The notes: generated from the sequence alone by a model not told the origin. Shown: positions 23,601 through 36,753, counted from the first letter of the stretch. The stretch: 64,000 nt of DNA from Mycoplasmatales bacterium (GCA_965222545.1 OZ244954.1:160639-224638), one strand, 5' to 3'. Translations and numbers: made by a program.

Positions 23601-24109
23601 TTAATGCAGGTGAACGAATATCTGGAATAAGTGCGTTACCAATGGGATTAGTGGGAATAAGTGAAGGCGCTCTTCCGTTTGCGTTTAGAACTCCAGGAAA
23701 ATGTGCACTTGCAAATATTTTAGGTTGTGGTGTAGCTGGAGGATTAGTTGCTATCTTTAAAATTCATTTCTTTGGAGGTTTAGGTTCACCATTAGCTGTT
23801 ATTGTCGGATATATTGCTAATAATCATAATGTTCTAAGTATATTAACGGCATTTGAATGGATCTTTTCGGTTTTAGCTGGAGTTATGATTTCTGCTACAA
23901 TTTATACACTACTTCGTAAAAAAGATTTAAATAATATTAAAAATTATAATTTAATGAAACAAAATGAAATAAAACGTTTAGTAAGACTTGGTGTTAATGG
24001 TAAAATAAATATTTTTATTTTTAAACAAAAAAGAGGATGTAGAAAATTTGTTAAAAATATTCCTTATTTTATAAATCCAAGAAATTGATTTCACATTCCT
24101 GAGTTCTAA
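20696..24109 (+). CDS. Fructose-family PTS polyprotein IIA-IIB-(N-terminal half IIC)-IIB'-IIC
   Basis: Five track fragments (20696, 21191, 22394, 22940, 23306) all start at 2 mod 3. I checked every junction and the only interruptions are TGA. IIA has AIPHA, IIB has GISACAAGIAHTYMA, and the final IIC has DLGGPINKTA and GISEGALPFAF. TAA at 24107. Confidence 0.8.
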
Positions 24110-24117
24110 GAAGACAT

Positions 24118-26574
24118 ATGAAAAAAAAGATTCATCTAATCCCGCATACACATTGAGACAAGGAATGATATTTTCCGGACCTAATTTCTGATAATCTTTT
24201 TTCTCATAATTTTAATTTAATAACAAGACTTTATAAAAATAATAAGTTAAAGTTAAAAAATTATTTATTTGATGGTCAACTTTCTTTAATTGATGATTTA
24301 CTATCAAATCAACCTGAACTGAGAAATTTAGTTCAAGAATTAGTAGATAAAAAATATATTTATTTAGGTGCTTGATATTCACAACCTGATTTTTATAATT
24401 CAAGTGCTGAGACAACATTTAGAAATATTCTTTATGGTAAACAACTTATAAGTCAATTTAATTTTAAAACTAAAACTATATATTGTCCTGACTCTTTTGG
24501 TTTTAATAATAATTTACCACAAATTTTTAGATCTTTAGGATTTGAAAATTTTATTTTTTGAAGAGGTATGAAAAAAGAAGATGCATTAGATAATGCCTTT
24601 TTTAATTGAGTAGGAATTGATGATACTAAAATAATGTCTTATTGTTACTCAAAAGGTTATTATCCATTTGGTGCAATTTATCCATATAATAATATAAATA
24701 ATCACAATCTAGATACAAGTGCAAAAAAATTTACAAAAGATGCAAAACCATTAGTAGATGAAATATTTACAAGATTAAAAAATAATAATAATGAATGTAT
24801 TATTCCTTTAGGAGGAGATCAAGCACCATATGTTTATAAAGCATATGATTTAATAAATAAAGTAAATAAATTTGATAAAAATTATAACTGACAATGAAGT
24901 ACTCTTGATAATTTTTTTAATAATAAATCGCCCAATAAAATAATCACAGGTGATTTAAATTACCCATATGATTCTAGAATACACAGAACAATTGGCTCTA
25001 GTAGGGTAGACATTAAAAAGTTATTTAGAAAATGTGAAAATAAATTATATTATCATTTAGAACCATTACAAATTTATTATATGCAAATAGATGCTAATTA
25101 TAATCCTAACGTTACAAGGAGAAGAATATTAAGAATAATTTTAAAATCACAAGCTCATGATTCGTTAGGGGGGTGTAATTCTGATATTGTTAATAGACAA
25201 ATATTTGATCGACTTCAAAATGCATTCATTATGTTACAAGGAGAAATAGATTATATTATGAAAAAATTATCTAATTTTTATAAAATCCAAAATAACGAAA
25301 TTCTACTTATTAATACAGCTCCATTTGTTAACAATGTTAGTACTAGGTTTTTTATAAGCAATAAAAGTAAAAAACCATTTAATAAAAAACTTAATGGTAT
25401 AGAAATTATACAAATTGCACCTTCTGTACAAGAGCAAACGGGAACAAGTAAATACTGAAAACATTATTTAGAGCTTATCTCTAGAAAAGTTCCACCATTT
25501 ACCCATAAAATTGTTAAATTTAGTGATTTTAAAGATATACCTATTAGTAATGTTGATGTTGAACATTCAATTAAATTAAAAACCACTGATAATAAAATAA
25601 CATTATTGTTTAAAAATAAGATAATTATTGATAACATACTAGAATTTATAGTAAATAATGATTATGGAGATTTATATGATTATTCACCAAAAAGAATTGG
25701 TGAAAAGGGTAAATGTCTTAATGCAGATTTTGTATTAAAAGAAAAATTAAATACTCAAACTTATTCACAATTTATTTTTAAATTTGTAATTTTAAAAGAT
25801 AAGGTAAAGGGAAAATTGAGAATTAAAATTCGTCACATTGATGAAAAAGTATACGTAAGACTATCGATAAATAATAGGTCAAAACTTATAAAATTAAGTA
25901 CAAATTGATCTATTAATGATTTTGAAAATATTTCCTTTCACCAACATCTTGCAATAAAACCTTATGTTGAAAATCCAATAAAAGATTCATTAAAAAGTAA
26001 TTATCAAGAATATTTATCATCATATACAATGTTTAATGAATTATTATCAATAAAAACTACCGATAATTATTTTAATATTATCACTAATTCAGCTAACGAA
26101 TTTAAAATTAACCATAATCGTCTTAATATTACATTATTTAGATCTGTCAATTACTTAGGTAAAAATGATTTAGCGTGAAGACCAGGAAGAGCAAGTGGTA
26201 TTACTGGACAAATGATAAAAACACCAGATGGACTTTTAAGAAAAAAACTTACATATAATTTTGACATAAGTTTTAATAAATCACCTGAAAAAGTTTATAA
26301 CGATTATCATTTTGCTGGTTCTGCTTATGTAAATAACGAATTTTTAAATCCATTAAATTCAATGTTTGATAATTTTATATTAAATGATATAGTTTATAAA
26401 AATAACATTAATTATAAATGTCCAAATTTAAAGGAAAATTATATAATTTCTGCATTTTATTATAATGAAGGTAAAGTATATTTTAGATATGCAAATCAAA
26501 GTAAACCACAAAATAATTTAAGAAAATATGAAATTGTAACAAAGGTTAAAAAAGTTAAAACTAGTTATGAATAA
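24118..26574 (+). CDS. GH38 alpha-mannosidase (MngB-like)
   Basis: N-terminal IHLIPHTHWDKEWYF, GAWYSQPD and CPDSFGF motifs. Five fragments in one frame. Confidence 0.85.
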
Positions 26575-27922
26575 ATATCATGAAAATTTTTATTGAGGAT
26601 CAGCTTTTAGTGGACCACAAACTGAAAATAAATTTTCAAATGATGGTAGTGGATATTCAATATGAGACTATTGATTTAAAAATAAACCTGAAAAATTTTA
26701 CAAACAAACATTTGTTAAAAATGATTTTTATAAAAATTTTAAAGGTGATATAAAAATTGCAAAGGATTTAAATTTTAATTCATTAAGAACATCAATTCAA
26801 TGATCTAGACTAATTCCAGATGGTAAAAATGTTAACCTAAAAGCAGTTGATTTTTATAATAAATTAATTGATGAAATGCTTAAACATAATATTGAACCAT
26901 TTATAAATTTACATCATTTTGATTTACCGTGATTTGCACAAGAAAAAGGAGGATGAGAAAACCGGGAAGTTATTGATAATTTTGCTTTTTTTGCTAAAAC
27001 ATGTTTTAAATTATTTGGCAAAAAGGTTAAAAAATGATTCACTTTTAATGAACCTGTTGTAACTCAAGAAGCCGGTTATTTATATGGATTACATTTTCCG
27101 CTAGTTCAAGATTTACAAAGATCTTTAAATGTTATGTGAAATCAAATTTTAGCACATAAAAAAGCAGTTAAGGAGTTTAGGAATCAAAAAATACAAGGTG
27201 ATATAGGAATTATTTTAAATATTACACCAATAATTTCAAGAAGTGATAGTAAAGAAGATATGTTAGCTCAAAAATGAGCAGAAATATTTAACTATAGTTG
27301 TTATTTAGATCCAATAGTTAAAGGAAGTTTTCCGCAAGCATTAATTGATGAAGCTAAAGTAAAAAAATATCTTTGAGATATTAAAGATGAGGATTGAGAT
27401 CTTATTAAAGATAATCCTATTAGTTTTTTAGGTATTAATTATTATAATCCACGAAGAGTAAAAGCGGGAAATAAGAAGATAAACAAGCAATTATTACCTA
27501 ATCCATATTACTATACTACATATAAAAAAAAGGATGCTGTTTATAATAAATCTAGAGGATGAGAAATATATCCTAAAGCATTGTATTTAGCAATGAAAAA
27601 TATTCAAAATAATTACGATAATATTAAATTTTACATTGCTGAAAACGGAATTGGTATTCATAACGAAGAACAATTTAAAGATGAAAGTGGAGTAATTCAA
27701 GATAATTATCGTATTAATTTTATAAAAGATCATCTTTTTTGAGTTAGAAAAGCCATTGATGAAGGAGCAAATTGTATTGGATATCATATGTGAACATATA
27801 TCGATAATTGATCGTGAACAAATGCATATAAAAATCGTTACGGTTTTTATGAATTAGATTTAAAAACTAAAAAAAGACACAAAAAACTTTCTGCTGATCT
27901 TTGAATATCGATAATAAAATAA
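26567..27922 (+). CDS. GH1 (6-phospho-)beta-glycosidase
   Basis: FYWGSAFSGPQTE, acid/base motif TFNEP and nucleophile motif YIAENGIG. The start overlaps the GH38 stop by 8 nt. Confidence 0.85.
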
Positions 27923-27948
27923 ACATTAAAAGTTATTATTATTTTGTA

Positions 27949-27968
27949 ATATATATATATATATATAT
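27949..27968. repeat. (AT)10 dinucleotide microsatellite in the intergenic region upstream of the ROK kinase gene
   Basis: The sequence reads gta-ATATATATATATATATATAT-tg. It is flanked by TTGTAA (27944-27949) and by TAAATA (27971-27976), 7 nt before ATG 27983. Confidence 0.9.
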
Positions 27969-27982
27969 TGTAAATATTAAAA

Positions 27983-29002
27983 ATGAATAAAAATGATTTA
28001 ACATTAAATAATTTATATGACATTGATATGATTCAATTAAAAAAAGTATATTTAGAGACAAGAAAAAAAAGAATTGGTCAAAAACCAGACCTAACACCAA
28101 CTTATTTGAAAAGTAGAAAACTATATGCTTCATTTGATATTGGAGGTCATGCTGCACAATTTAAAATTCATTCTAAACGTAAACCTTATTATACAGGTCA
28201 ATTTACTTGTTATGATAAAGAAAAAGAAGATATTTTAAAATGTATTGCTTTTATTGCTAATAATTTTTATATTAAAGATATCTTTATTGCCTGCCCTGGA
28301 GTTGTTAATTCTAAAACTGGTGAAGTTTTAGGAAAAACGGGAATTAAAAATTGAAGCAATTCAAACATAATTAAAGAAATAAAAAAATACATAAGTATTA
28401 AAAGTACAAAAGTTTATATAATAAATGATGCATCTGCCGCATTAATGGGATTAATTAATCATAAGACTAAAGGGATAAGTGCTGTTTTAACTATTGGTAC
28501 TGGTATTGGTTTTGCTTTTTCATTTAATAATAAAATAATTATAGGAAGGCATGGTAATTCAGGTGAAATAGGAAATTGAAGGATTTCTAAAAATGAAAAT
28601 TATATTGAATCTGAAATATGTTCAACAAGTTTTTTTATGAAAAAATATTCTTTACTTAAGAAAAATAGTAATAAAGATAATTTTCAAGATATTTTTGATA
28701 AATACACTAATGATAAAGAAGTAATAAACCTAATTAATGAATGATGTGATAATATTGCTTATTTAATATTAAAAATTGATTTGTTTTTAGGTTTTGAACA
28801 AATTTATTTATGTGGAGGTGTAACCAATTCATTACATTTTAAAAAAATTCTTTTAGATAAAATTAAAGATGTTTTTTTAGAAAATAATTGAGCAAATATT
28901 AAAATTGAATTTGCTAAAAAAGGAATTAATTATGCATTAGAAGGAGTATCCAAACTTAAAAAAAATAATCAAGAAAAGATTCATAATAGTGTAAAGATTT
29001 AA
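27983..29002 (+). CDS. ROK family sugar kinase
   Basis: FDIGGH, ACPGVVNS, NDASAALMG, TIGTGIGFA and GNSGEIGNW motifs. TGA-joined fragments. Confidence 0.75.
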
Positions 29003-29003
29003 A

Positions 29004-29927
29004 ATGATATTAATATTAAAACCAATATATATTTATAAAGTTTGAGGTGATTCAAAACAATTAGCAAAAAATGGTTTTAAAAATTTAAAACCTAATACTG
29101 GAGAAGTATATGTAATGAGTTGTTTAAAAAATAATGAAAGCATAATTATTAATGATAAATTTAAGGGTATTAGTTTAAAACAGGTTTATGAAGAAAACTG
29201 AGAATTGTTTTTTGAAAAAAAATATGATACATTCCCTCTTCTTTTAAAAATTTTATCTGCTAAAAGTGACTTAAGTATTCAAGCACACCCAAATAATGAA
29301 TATGCTTATAAACACGAAAATAAAAGTTTGGGAAAACAAGAATCTTGATATATTTTAGATTGTAAAGAAAATTCTACGATTATTTATGGACATAATGCTA
29401 AAAATAGATCAGAATTAAAAAAATATATTAATGAGAATTCGTGAAATAAACTTGTAACACCTCAAAAAATATTTAAAGGATCTGTATTCGATATTTCACC
29501 TGGAACTGTACATGCAATTAGAGCTAATACATTAATTTACGAAATACAACAATCATCAATGATTACATATCGACTTTATGATTATGATCGTTTAGATCAC
29601 GGAAAATTAAGGGAATTACACACAAATCAAGCTAAGAATGTTATTTATTGTCCACAAAAACTAAAAACAAAAAAAGCGGTTAAAATAAATACCATAAATA
29701 ATAAAGTTGAAATTATTAAAAATATTTATTATAAAACTGAAAAACTTATTTTAAATGATAAGTATTTAATTAAAACAATAAAATCATTTAAAGTTGTAAC
29801 ATGTATTGAAGGAGAATGTAAAATTGAAAATTATAAATTTAAAAAGGGTGAATCGTTTTTACTTTTAAAAGACAATAAATCCTATATTAGTGGAAATGCT
29901 GTTTTTCTTATTTCTAGTTTAAAATAA
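29004..29927 (+). CDS. manA: Mannose-6-phosphate isomerase, class I
   Basis: KPIYIYKVWGG, LSIQAHP, QESWYILD, PGTVHAI and EIQQSS motifs. Confidence 0.8.
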
Positions 29928-29963
29928 ATTTATAAATGATTATATTTTGTACAATTAATTTAT

Positions 29964-30383
29964 ATGAAATATAAAATACAAAAACTAAAACCTAAAAATC
30001 AAAAGGATTTATTTATTTCAGGAGTTAATATTGCTTTTGAAAATGAAATTATTTTAAATAATAAGAAAGTCATAAAAGCATTATTAAAAAGAGAAGATGA
30101 ATTCTCAACAAATTTTGGTCAAGGATTTGCAATTCCACATTGTCAATCTGAATATGTAAAAGAACCATTCTTATTATTTACTTCATTTGATAGTGAAATT
30201 AAATACGGAAAAGAGAAACCAATTATCTTTGCTGTATTTATTTTTTTACCAAAGGCTCTTGCTGGAAATCAAATCAAAATATTATCCATGTTAACAAGAA
30301 AATTAATTTATCCAGAATATCAAAATAAAATTAAAAATTTAGATGAAAAAGAAATTTCTAAAATAGTGAAAAAAATTATATAA
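29964..30383 (+). CDS. PTS fructose-family IIA component
   Basis: Stand-alone 139-aa IIA(Fru/Mtl/Ntr) domain with GFAIPH. Confidence 0.8.
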   Translation: MKYKIQKLKPKNQKDLFISGVNIAFENEIILNNKKVIKALLKREDEFSTNFGQGFAIPHCQSEYVKEPFLLFTSFDSEIKYGKEKPIIFAVFIFLPKALAGNQIKILSMLTRKLIYPEYQNKIKNLDEKEISKIVKKII

Positions 30384-30394
30384 TAAAAAAATAT

Positions 30395-32170
30395 ATGGTT
30401 ACAAAAAAACAAACCAATAAATCATCTATAAAAAAAAATAGTAAAAAATCACAAGATATATATATAGTTGCAGCAGTTGCGTGTCCAGTTGGAATTGCAC
30501 ATACTTATATGGCAGGTGAAGCGCTTGAAAAAGCTGCTAAAGAAAAAAAATATAGTATGAGAGTAGAGTATCACGGAGCATCTGGCTTAGAGGGTGAATT
30601 ATCTTCTCTTGAAGTTGAAAAAGCTGATATTGTTATTCTTTCTTTAGGAAAAGGGATAGATGAATCTAAGTTTTTTGGAAAAAAGATTTATTATACAAAA
30701 CCCGGAAAAACAATTAAGAATCCTTGTTTAATAATTGAAACCGCTTTAAAAGAGGCTACTGTTAATAGTAAAATAGCTAATAGTGAACCTTCTAAGTTTA
30801 ACTCTGGTATAAATGATAAAAAGATAATGTCTTCAAATATTATAAAACCATCTTTTAAAAAAGAAATTTCACATAATGGTTTTTTTAAAGGACTTTTTTC
30901 GTATAGAAAGAAAAGGGAAAGGTATCGCCAAAATTCTACTGGCGGTGGATTAATTGTTAATTCATTATTAAATGGTGTTGGTTGAATGATTCCTGTAGTT
31001 GTTGCGGGAGGAATATTGTTTGCGATTGTTGCAGGACTTGGTCCAACTATTTCTCCTAATTCCTTTAAACATACAAAAACTGGAGTTCCAATCCCGGGTT
31101 CACCTAACCCAGGAACCTTTTGATACGCTATACAACAAGTGGGAATAGCAGGTCTTACATTGATGATTGCAGTTCTTGGTGGATTTATAGCTGTAGGAAT
31201 GGCAGATAAGTTAGCATTTGCACCTGCGTTCATATTATCATGAACTTCTAATTTAAGTGACTCTTCACCAAAAGGACTTAATTTTACGTTTTATGATTAT
31301 ACAAAAGGTGATTTTGGATTATCACACGGACAACTAGGTTTCTTAGGTGCTATTTTAATTGGAATTATAGTAGGATCGATATGTAGACAAATTAAGAAAG
31401 TAAAATGACCTTCTGCAATTAAACCAATTATTCCAATAATTATTGTTCCTGTATGTGTAACACTTTTTGTGTGAGTACTATTAGCGTTTATACTTTGTCT
31501 TCCGATCGCATATATTATTAATGGTATTGTTAATGGAATTAATCAATTAAATAATAAGGGCTTATTTGTGTTATTAGGTCCAATTTTAGGATTTTTAATA
31601 GCTTCTGATATGGGCGGTCCTTTAAATAAAATCGCCTTTACCTTTGGAGCATCTTTATTAGCTGGAAATGCAGATCAGTTTAAAGATGGAGCGTTAATAA
31701 TGGGAGCTAACGGAGCAGCAGTTGGTGTGCCTCCAATTGGAATGGCTATTGCTGCTTTTGTTGGTAAAAAATTTGGTATTATGGATCAAACTGACCGTGA
31801 TTTAGCAAAAGGTTCTATTTTATTAGGATGTATGGGAGTTACAGAAGGTGCGATTCCTTTTGCTGTTAAATATCCAAAATCCGCAATTCCTTCAAATATA
31901 ATAGGAGGTGTGATAGCAGCTACTATTGCAGCTGCAGCTTCTATAACTAATGCAGCTGCTCACGGTTCACTTATTGTTTATTTATTTGGAGCAGTTGGAA
32001 GAGTTAAGCAAGGAAGTCCAGCTGGAGATTATGCATACGGACTTATATATGTTGGAGCATTACTTATTGGATCAATAATAACTGCTACATCAATGTTATT
32101 TTTAACTAAAGTAGTTTATAAAAATAGAAGAGTAAATTCAAACATTAATACCTCTAAAATATTTGGATAA
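30395..32170 (+). CDS. PTS fructose-family IIBC component
   Basis: IIB has AAVACPVGIAHTYMA. IIC has DMGGPLNKIA and GVTEGAIPFA. Fragments 30395.. and 31568.. are in the same frame. Confidence 0.85.
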
Positions 32171-32190
32171 GAAAAACTTAATAATATTTT

Positions 32191-32216
32191 AAAAAAAGCC
32201 TATTGGGCTTTTTTTA
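32191..32216 (+). terminator. Rho-independent terminator after the PTS IIBC gene
   Basis: AAAAAAAGCC-TATTG-GGCTTTTTTT. Confidence 0.6.
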
Positions 32217-32245
32217 AAATAAATAAAAAAATAAACAATTTTATG

Positions 32246-32251
32246 TATAAT
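32246..32251 (+). promoter_or_regulatory. Candidate -10 element (TGTATAAT context) for the 16S rRNA transcript
   Basis: TATAAT preceded by TG. It lies upstream of the 5' arm of the processing stem. Confidence 0.3.
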
Positions 32252-32284
32252 ATATTTTATCTCTTTTAAAAAAGAGGATAAGTT

Positions 32285-32298
32285 CTTTGAAAACTAGA
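32285..32298 (+). other. 5' arm of the 16S rRNA processing stem
   Basis: CTTTGAAAACTAGA pairs at 13 of 14 positions with TCTAGTTATCAAAG at 33929-33942. Confidence 0.55.
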
Positions 32299-32350
32299 TA
32301 ATATCATGTACAAATACAGTAATCTGTACAATTTCTTTGCCAGATAAAAT

Positions 32351-33859
<1,509 letters not shown>

Positions 33860-33928
33860 CAAGGAGAAAAAAATAGACTGTGAGTAATCACTAAATTACG
33901 CTATCTATTTAGCGAAGAAAATGGTATG

Positions 33929-33942
33929 TCTAGTTATCAAAG
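33929..33942 (+). other. 3' arm of the 16S rRNA processing stem
   Basis: Complementary to 32285-32298. Confidence 0.55.
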
Positions 33943-33953
33943 ATACTTATAAT

Positions 33954-33983
33954 AAAAAAACCCAGAATTAACTGGGTTTTTTT
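33954..33983. terminator. Bidirectional rho-independent terminator
   Basis: A7-CCCAG-AATTAA-CTGGG-T7. It sits between the 16S 3' flank and the convergent kinase gene. Confidence 0.65.
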
Positions 33984-34017
33984 ATTATTTATTGAGTTTA
34001 TTATATTTAAAAATAGA

Positions 34018-34647
34018 TTATAAAGTTTTTAATAAGTTTAATATTTTACTTACAATTTGATCACTGTCTTTATATGAATCTTTTATTATTCATACTTTTA
34101 CTTTATCATTTATGATTCATTCAAGATGAGTTTTTTCTAATTCAACTAAATATTTAATAGGTATATTTTCACCTGGTCTATTTCTATTAATAATTCTTTT
34201 AGAACATTCTTTTGGTTCAACGTCAACATAAATAATAATATCAGATTTAAGATCTATTGAATCATAAAAATGCTTACAAATTTTATATTCAATAGGTGAA
34301 ATTTTACCTTCTCGATATAACATTTTAGTAAAAACATTAGTATCAGTATCAGGACTTCTTTCTGTAATAACAATTTTCTTATCAGTAGCATGAATAGCTT
34401 CTAATAAAGCATTTTTTCTTGTTTGCATTGCAAACGTTTGAAAAGGGAAGGCTCATCTATGTTGATCTTCATAAAATAGATCAATAATGTTTTTATTATT
34501 TTCATCTTTAATTTCTAATCAATGTTTTATTGGTTCGTTTACAAACGCTACTTTATCAGAAATTTGTTTTTTTAGATGAGCTAATAAAGTACTTTTTCCA
34601 CTTCCGATATTCCCGTCAATTGAAATAACTATTGGTTTTTTTCTCAT
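34018..34647 (-). CDS. Deoxynucleoside kinase (dAK/dGK family), paralog 1
   Basis: ISIDGNIGSGKSTL P-loop and ERS motif (VITERSPDTD). Track ORF 34117..34428 extends both ways through TGA. Confidence 0.8.
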
Positions 34648-34673
34648 AATGTAATTATATCCTTTTTTATAAT

Positions 34674-34937
34674 TTATGATAAATTATTTTTAACAAATGA
34701 ATCTTTAATTCCTGCAATTGCTTCTTTTTCGTCTTCACCTTCAGCAGTAATTATAAGTTCAGAATTACACGGAGCACCAAGAGACATTACATGTAGTACT
34801 GATTTTAAATTTGCTTTTTTATCTTTAAAATAAACATTAATTTCACTTTTATATTTCATAGCTTCCTTAACTACTAATGATGCAGGTCTTGCGTGTAATC
34901 CGACTGGATCTGTTATTTTAATTTCTAATTTTTCCAT
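34674..34937 (-). CDS. ptsH: Phosphocarrier protein HPr
   Basis: VGLHARPAS (His15) and NLKSVLHVMSLG (Ser46). Confidence 0.9.
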   Translation of the reverse strand: MEKLEIKITDPVGLHARPASLVVKEAMKYKSEINVYFKDKKANLKSVLHVMSLGAPCNSELIITAEGEDEKEAIAGIKDSFVKNNLS

Positions 34938-34951
34938 ATTTTTTCCTTAAT

Positions 34952-36673
34952 TTAGTTTAATAAATTATTTTTCTTCAAAAATAAATTTACTAATTTTATT
35001 ATATCTTTATTATTATTAATTTTTAATATTTTATTAACAAGTTCTTCACAATCTTTAAGTTTTAAATTATTTATAATATATCTAGTTCTCGGAATTATTG
35101 ATGATGATACTGAAAAATATTTTAAACCAAGACCTAATAGTATTGGTATACTTTGTTTATCTCCAGCAATTGAACCACATACTGCACATTCAATATTATT
35201 TTTAGTTGAACCTTTTATTACAATCTTTAAAGCATTAATAATTGCACGATCTAACGGTTGATATAAGTAACTAACATTATTATTTAAACGATCAGCTGCC
35301 ATTGTATATTGGATTAGATCATTAGTACCAATTGAAAAAAAATCACTTTCTTGAAAAAATGCATCAAGGTTAAAAACAGCAGCTGGTGTTTCAACCATCA
35401 TTCCTACTCGATAATTTAACTTACCACCTATTTTTTTAGCTTCTTCATTAATTATTTTCTTAGCTTCTAAAAATTCATCTAATATAGAAATCATTGGAAT
35501 CATTATTGATATTTGATAATGTTTACTTACTTTTAATAATGCTATTATTTGAGTTCTAAAAATTTCTTTCTTCAATAAACAAAGACGAATAGCTCTTATT
35601 CCTAAAAAAGGATTTAACTCTTTTCCAAATTCATCAGAATGTGAATAATACTTTAATTTTTTATCTCCCCCAATATCTAATGTTCTTATAACAATTTGTT
35701 TACCATTCATTTCCTTTGCTGCTTTTAAATATTGTTCATATTGTTCTTCTTCGGTTGGCCATTTACTATTTTCCATATATAGAAACTCTGTTCTAAAAAG
35801 ACCAACACCATCGGCACCATTCTTTTGAGCAAATCCAGCATCTATTGCGTTACCAATGTTTGCTTCTACATTAATATCATAATTATCTAATGTTTTTGTT
35901 TTCTTAGTACGATAACTTTTTATCTTGTTCATAAGATCTTGAGTTTTTTTGATTTTTGTACTATATTCATTAATAATTTTTTTCTCTGGATTAATTAGTA
36001 TTGAAGAAATATTACTATCAATTATTGCATTGTTACAATCACTAAATTTTTCAAAAATGTTTTCAATTCCAGAAATCATAGGAATTTTTAAATTTCTAGC
36101 AATCAAAGCCGTATGTGATGTTCGTCCTCCAATTTCTGTAATAAAACCTTTAATATTATTTTTTATAATTTGTGATGTTTGAGCAGGTGTAATATCGTAA
36201 GCAACTATAATAACATCTTTAATGTTTTCTAAGTCAATATTTTTTCTATTTTGATATTCAAGAATAAGTTGTTTTCTAATATCTACAATATCTAACAATC
36301 TTTCCTTAAAATATTCATCTTCCATTTGCTGAAATTGTTTATAGTATTTTTCGTAGACATGAAAAAGTGCATTATCACCACCCACTAAATTTTTATCAAC
36401 ATAATCTTTTACTTCCTTTTTCACAACATCATCATTAATAAGCATAATATGTGCTTCAATTATTTCTTTTTGTGTTTTATCAATATCAGTTTTTAATATC
36501 TGTACATTATTATCCTTAACTTTTTTAAAAGAATCATTAATTTTTTGTTGGATATTTTTTATTTTATCATGCGTAATATTGTTAATACTAACATTAAGCT
36601 GTATATCCTTTAAAATAAAAATCTTTGCTTGTGCAATTCCTGAATTACATACTGTTCCCTTTATTTTTTCCAT
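34952..36673 (-). CDS. ptsI: Phosphoenolpyruvate-protein phosphotransferase (Enzyme I)
   Basis: GGRTSHTALIARNL, GLFRTEFLY and FSIGTNDLIQY motifs. Confidence 0.95.
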   Translation of the reverse strand: MEKIKGTVCNSGIAQAKIFILKDIQLNVSINNITHDKIKNIQQKINDSFKKVKDNNVQILKTDIDKTQKEIIEAHIMLINDDVVKKEVKDYVDKNLVGGDNALFHVYEKYYKQFQQMEDEYFKERLLDIVDIRKQLILEYQNRKNIDLENIKDVIIVAYDITPAQTSQIIKNNIKGFITEIGGRTSHTALIARNLKIPMISGIENIFEKFSDCNNAIIDSNISSILINPEKKIINEYSTKIKKTQDLMNKIKSYRTKKTKTLDNYDINVEANIGNAIDAGFAQKNGADGVGLFRTEFLYMENSKWPTEEEQYEQYLKAAKEMNGKQIVIRTLDIGGDKKLKYYSHSDEFGKELNPFLGIRAIRLCLLKKEIFRTQIIALLKVSKHYQISIMIPMISILDEFLEAKKIINEEAKKIGGKLNYRVGMMVETPAAVFNLDAFFQESDFFSIGTNDLIQYTMAADRLNNNVSYLYQPLDRAIINALKIVIKGSTKNNIECAVCGSIAGDKQSIPILLGLGLKYFSVSSSIIPRTRYIINNLKLKDCEELVNKILKINNNKDIIKLVNLFLKKNNLLN

Positions 36674-36753
36674 TTTTCCCTTTTTAATATTAATAATTAT
36701 ATAATTTTCTTAATAAAATATTTATATCAATATATATAATATATAATATTAAT

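Noticed and set aside
30691-31233. 180-aa minus-strand ORF rich in Pro, Gly, Ala and Ile.
   Set aside because: It is antisense to the well-supported PTS IIBC gene. The same reasoning applies to track ORFs 8270..8560, 11709..11924, 18300..18503, 23311..23544, 35949..36182, 37552..37845, 43081..43308, 49542..49817, 59102..59395 and 60291..60515.
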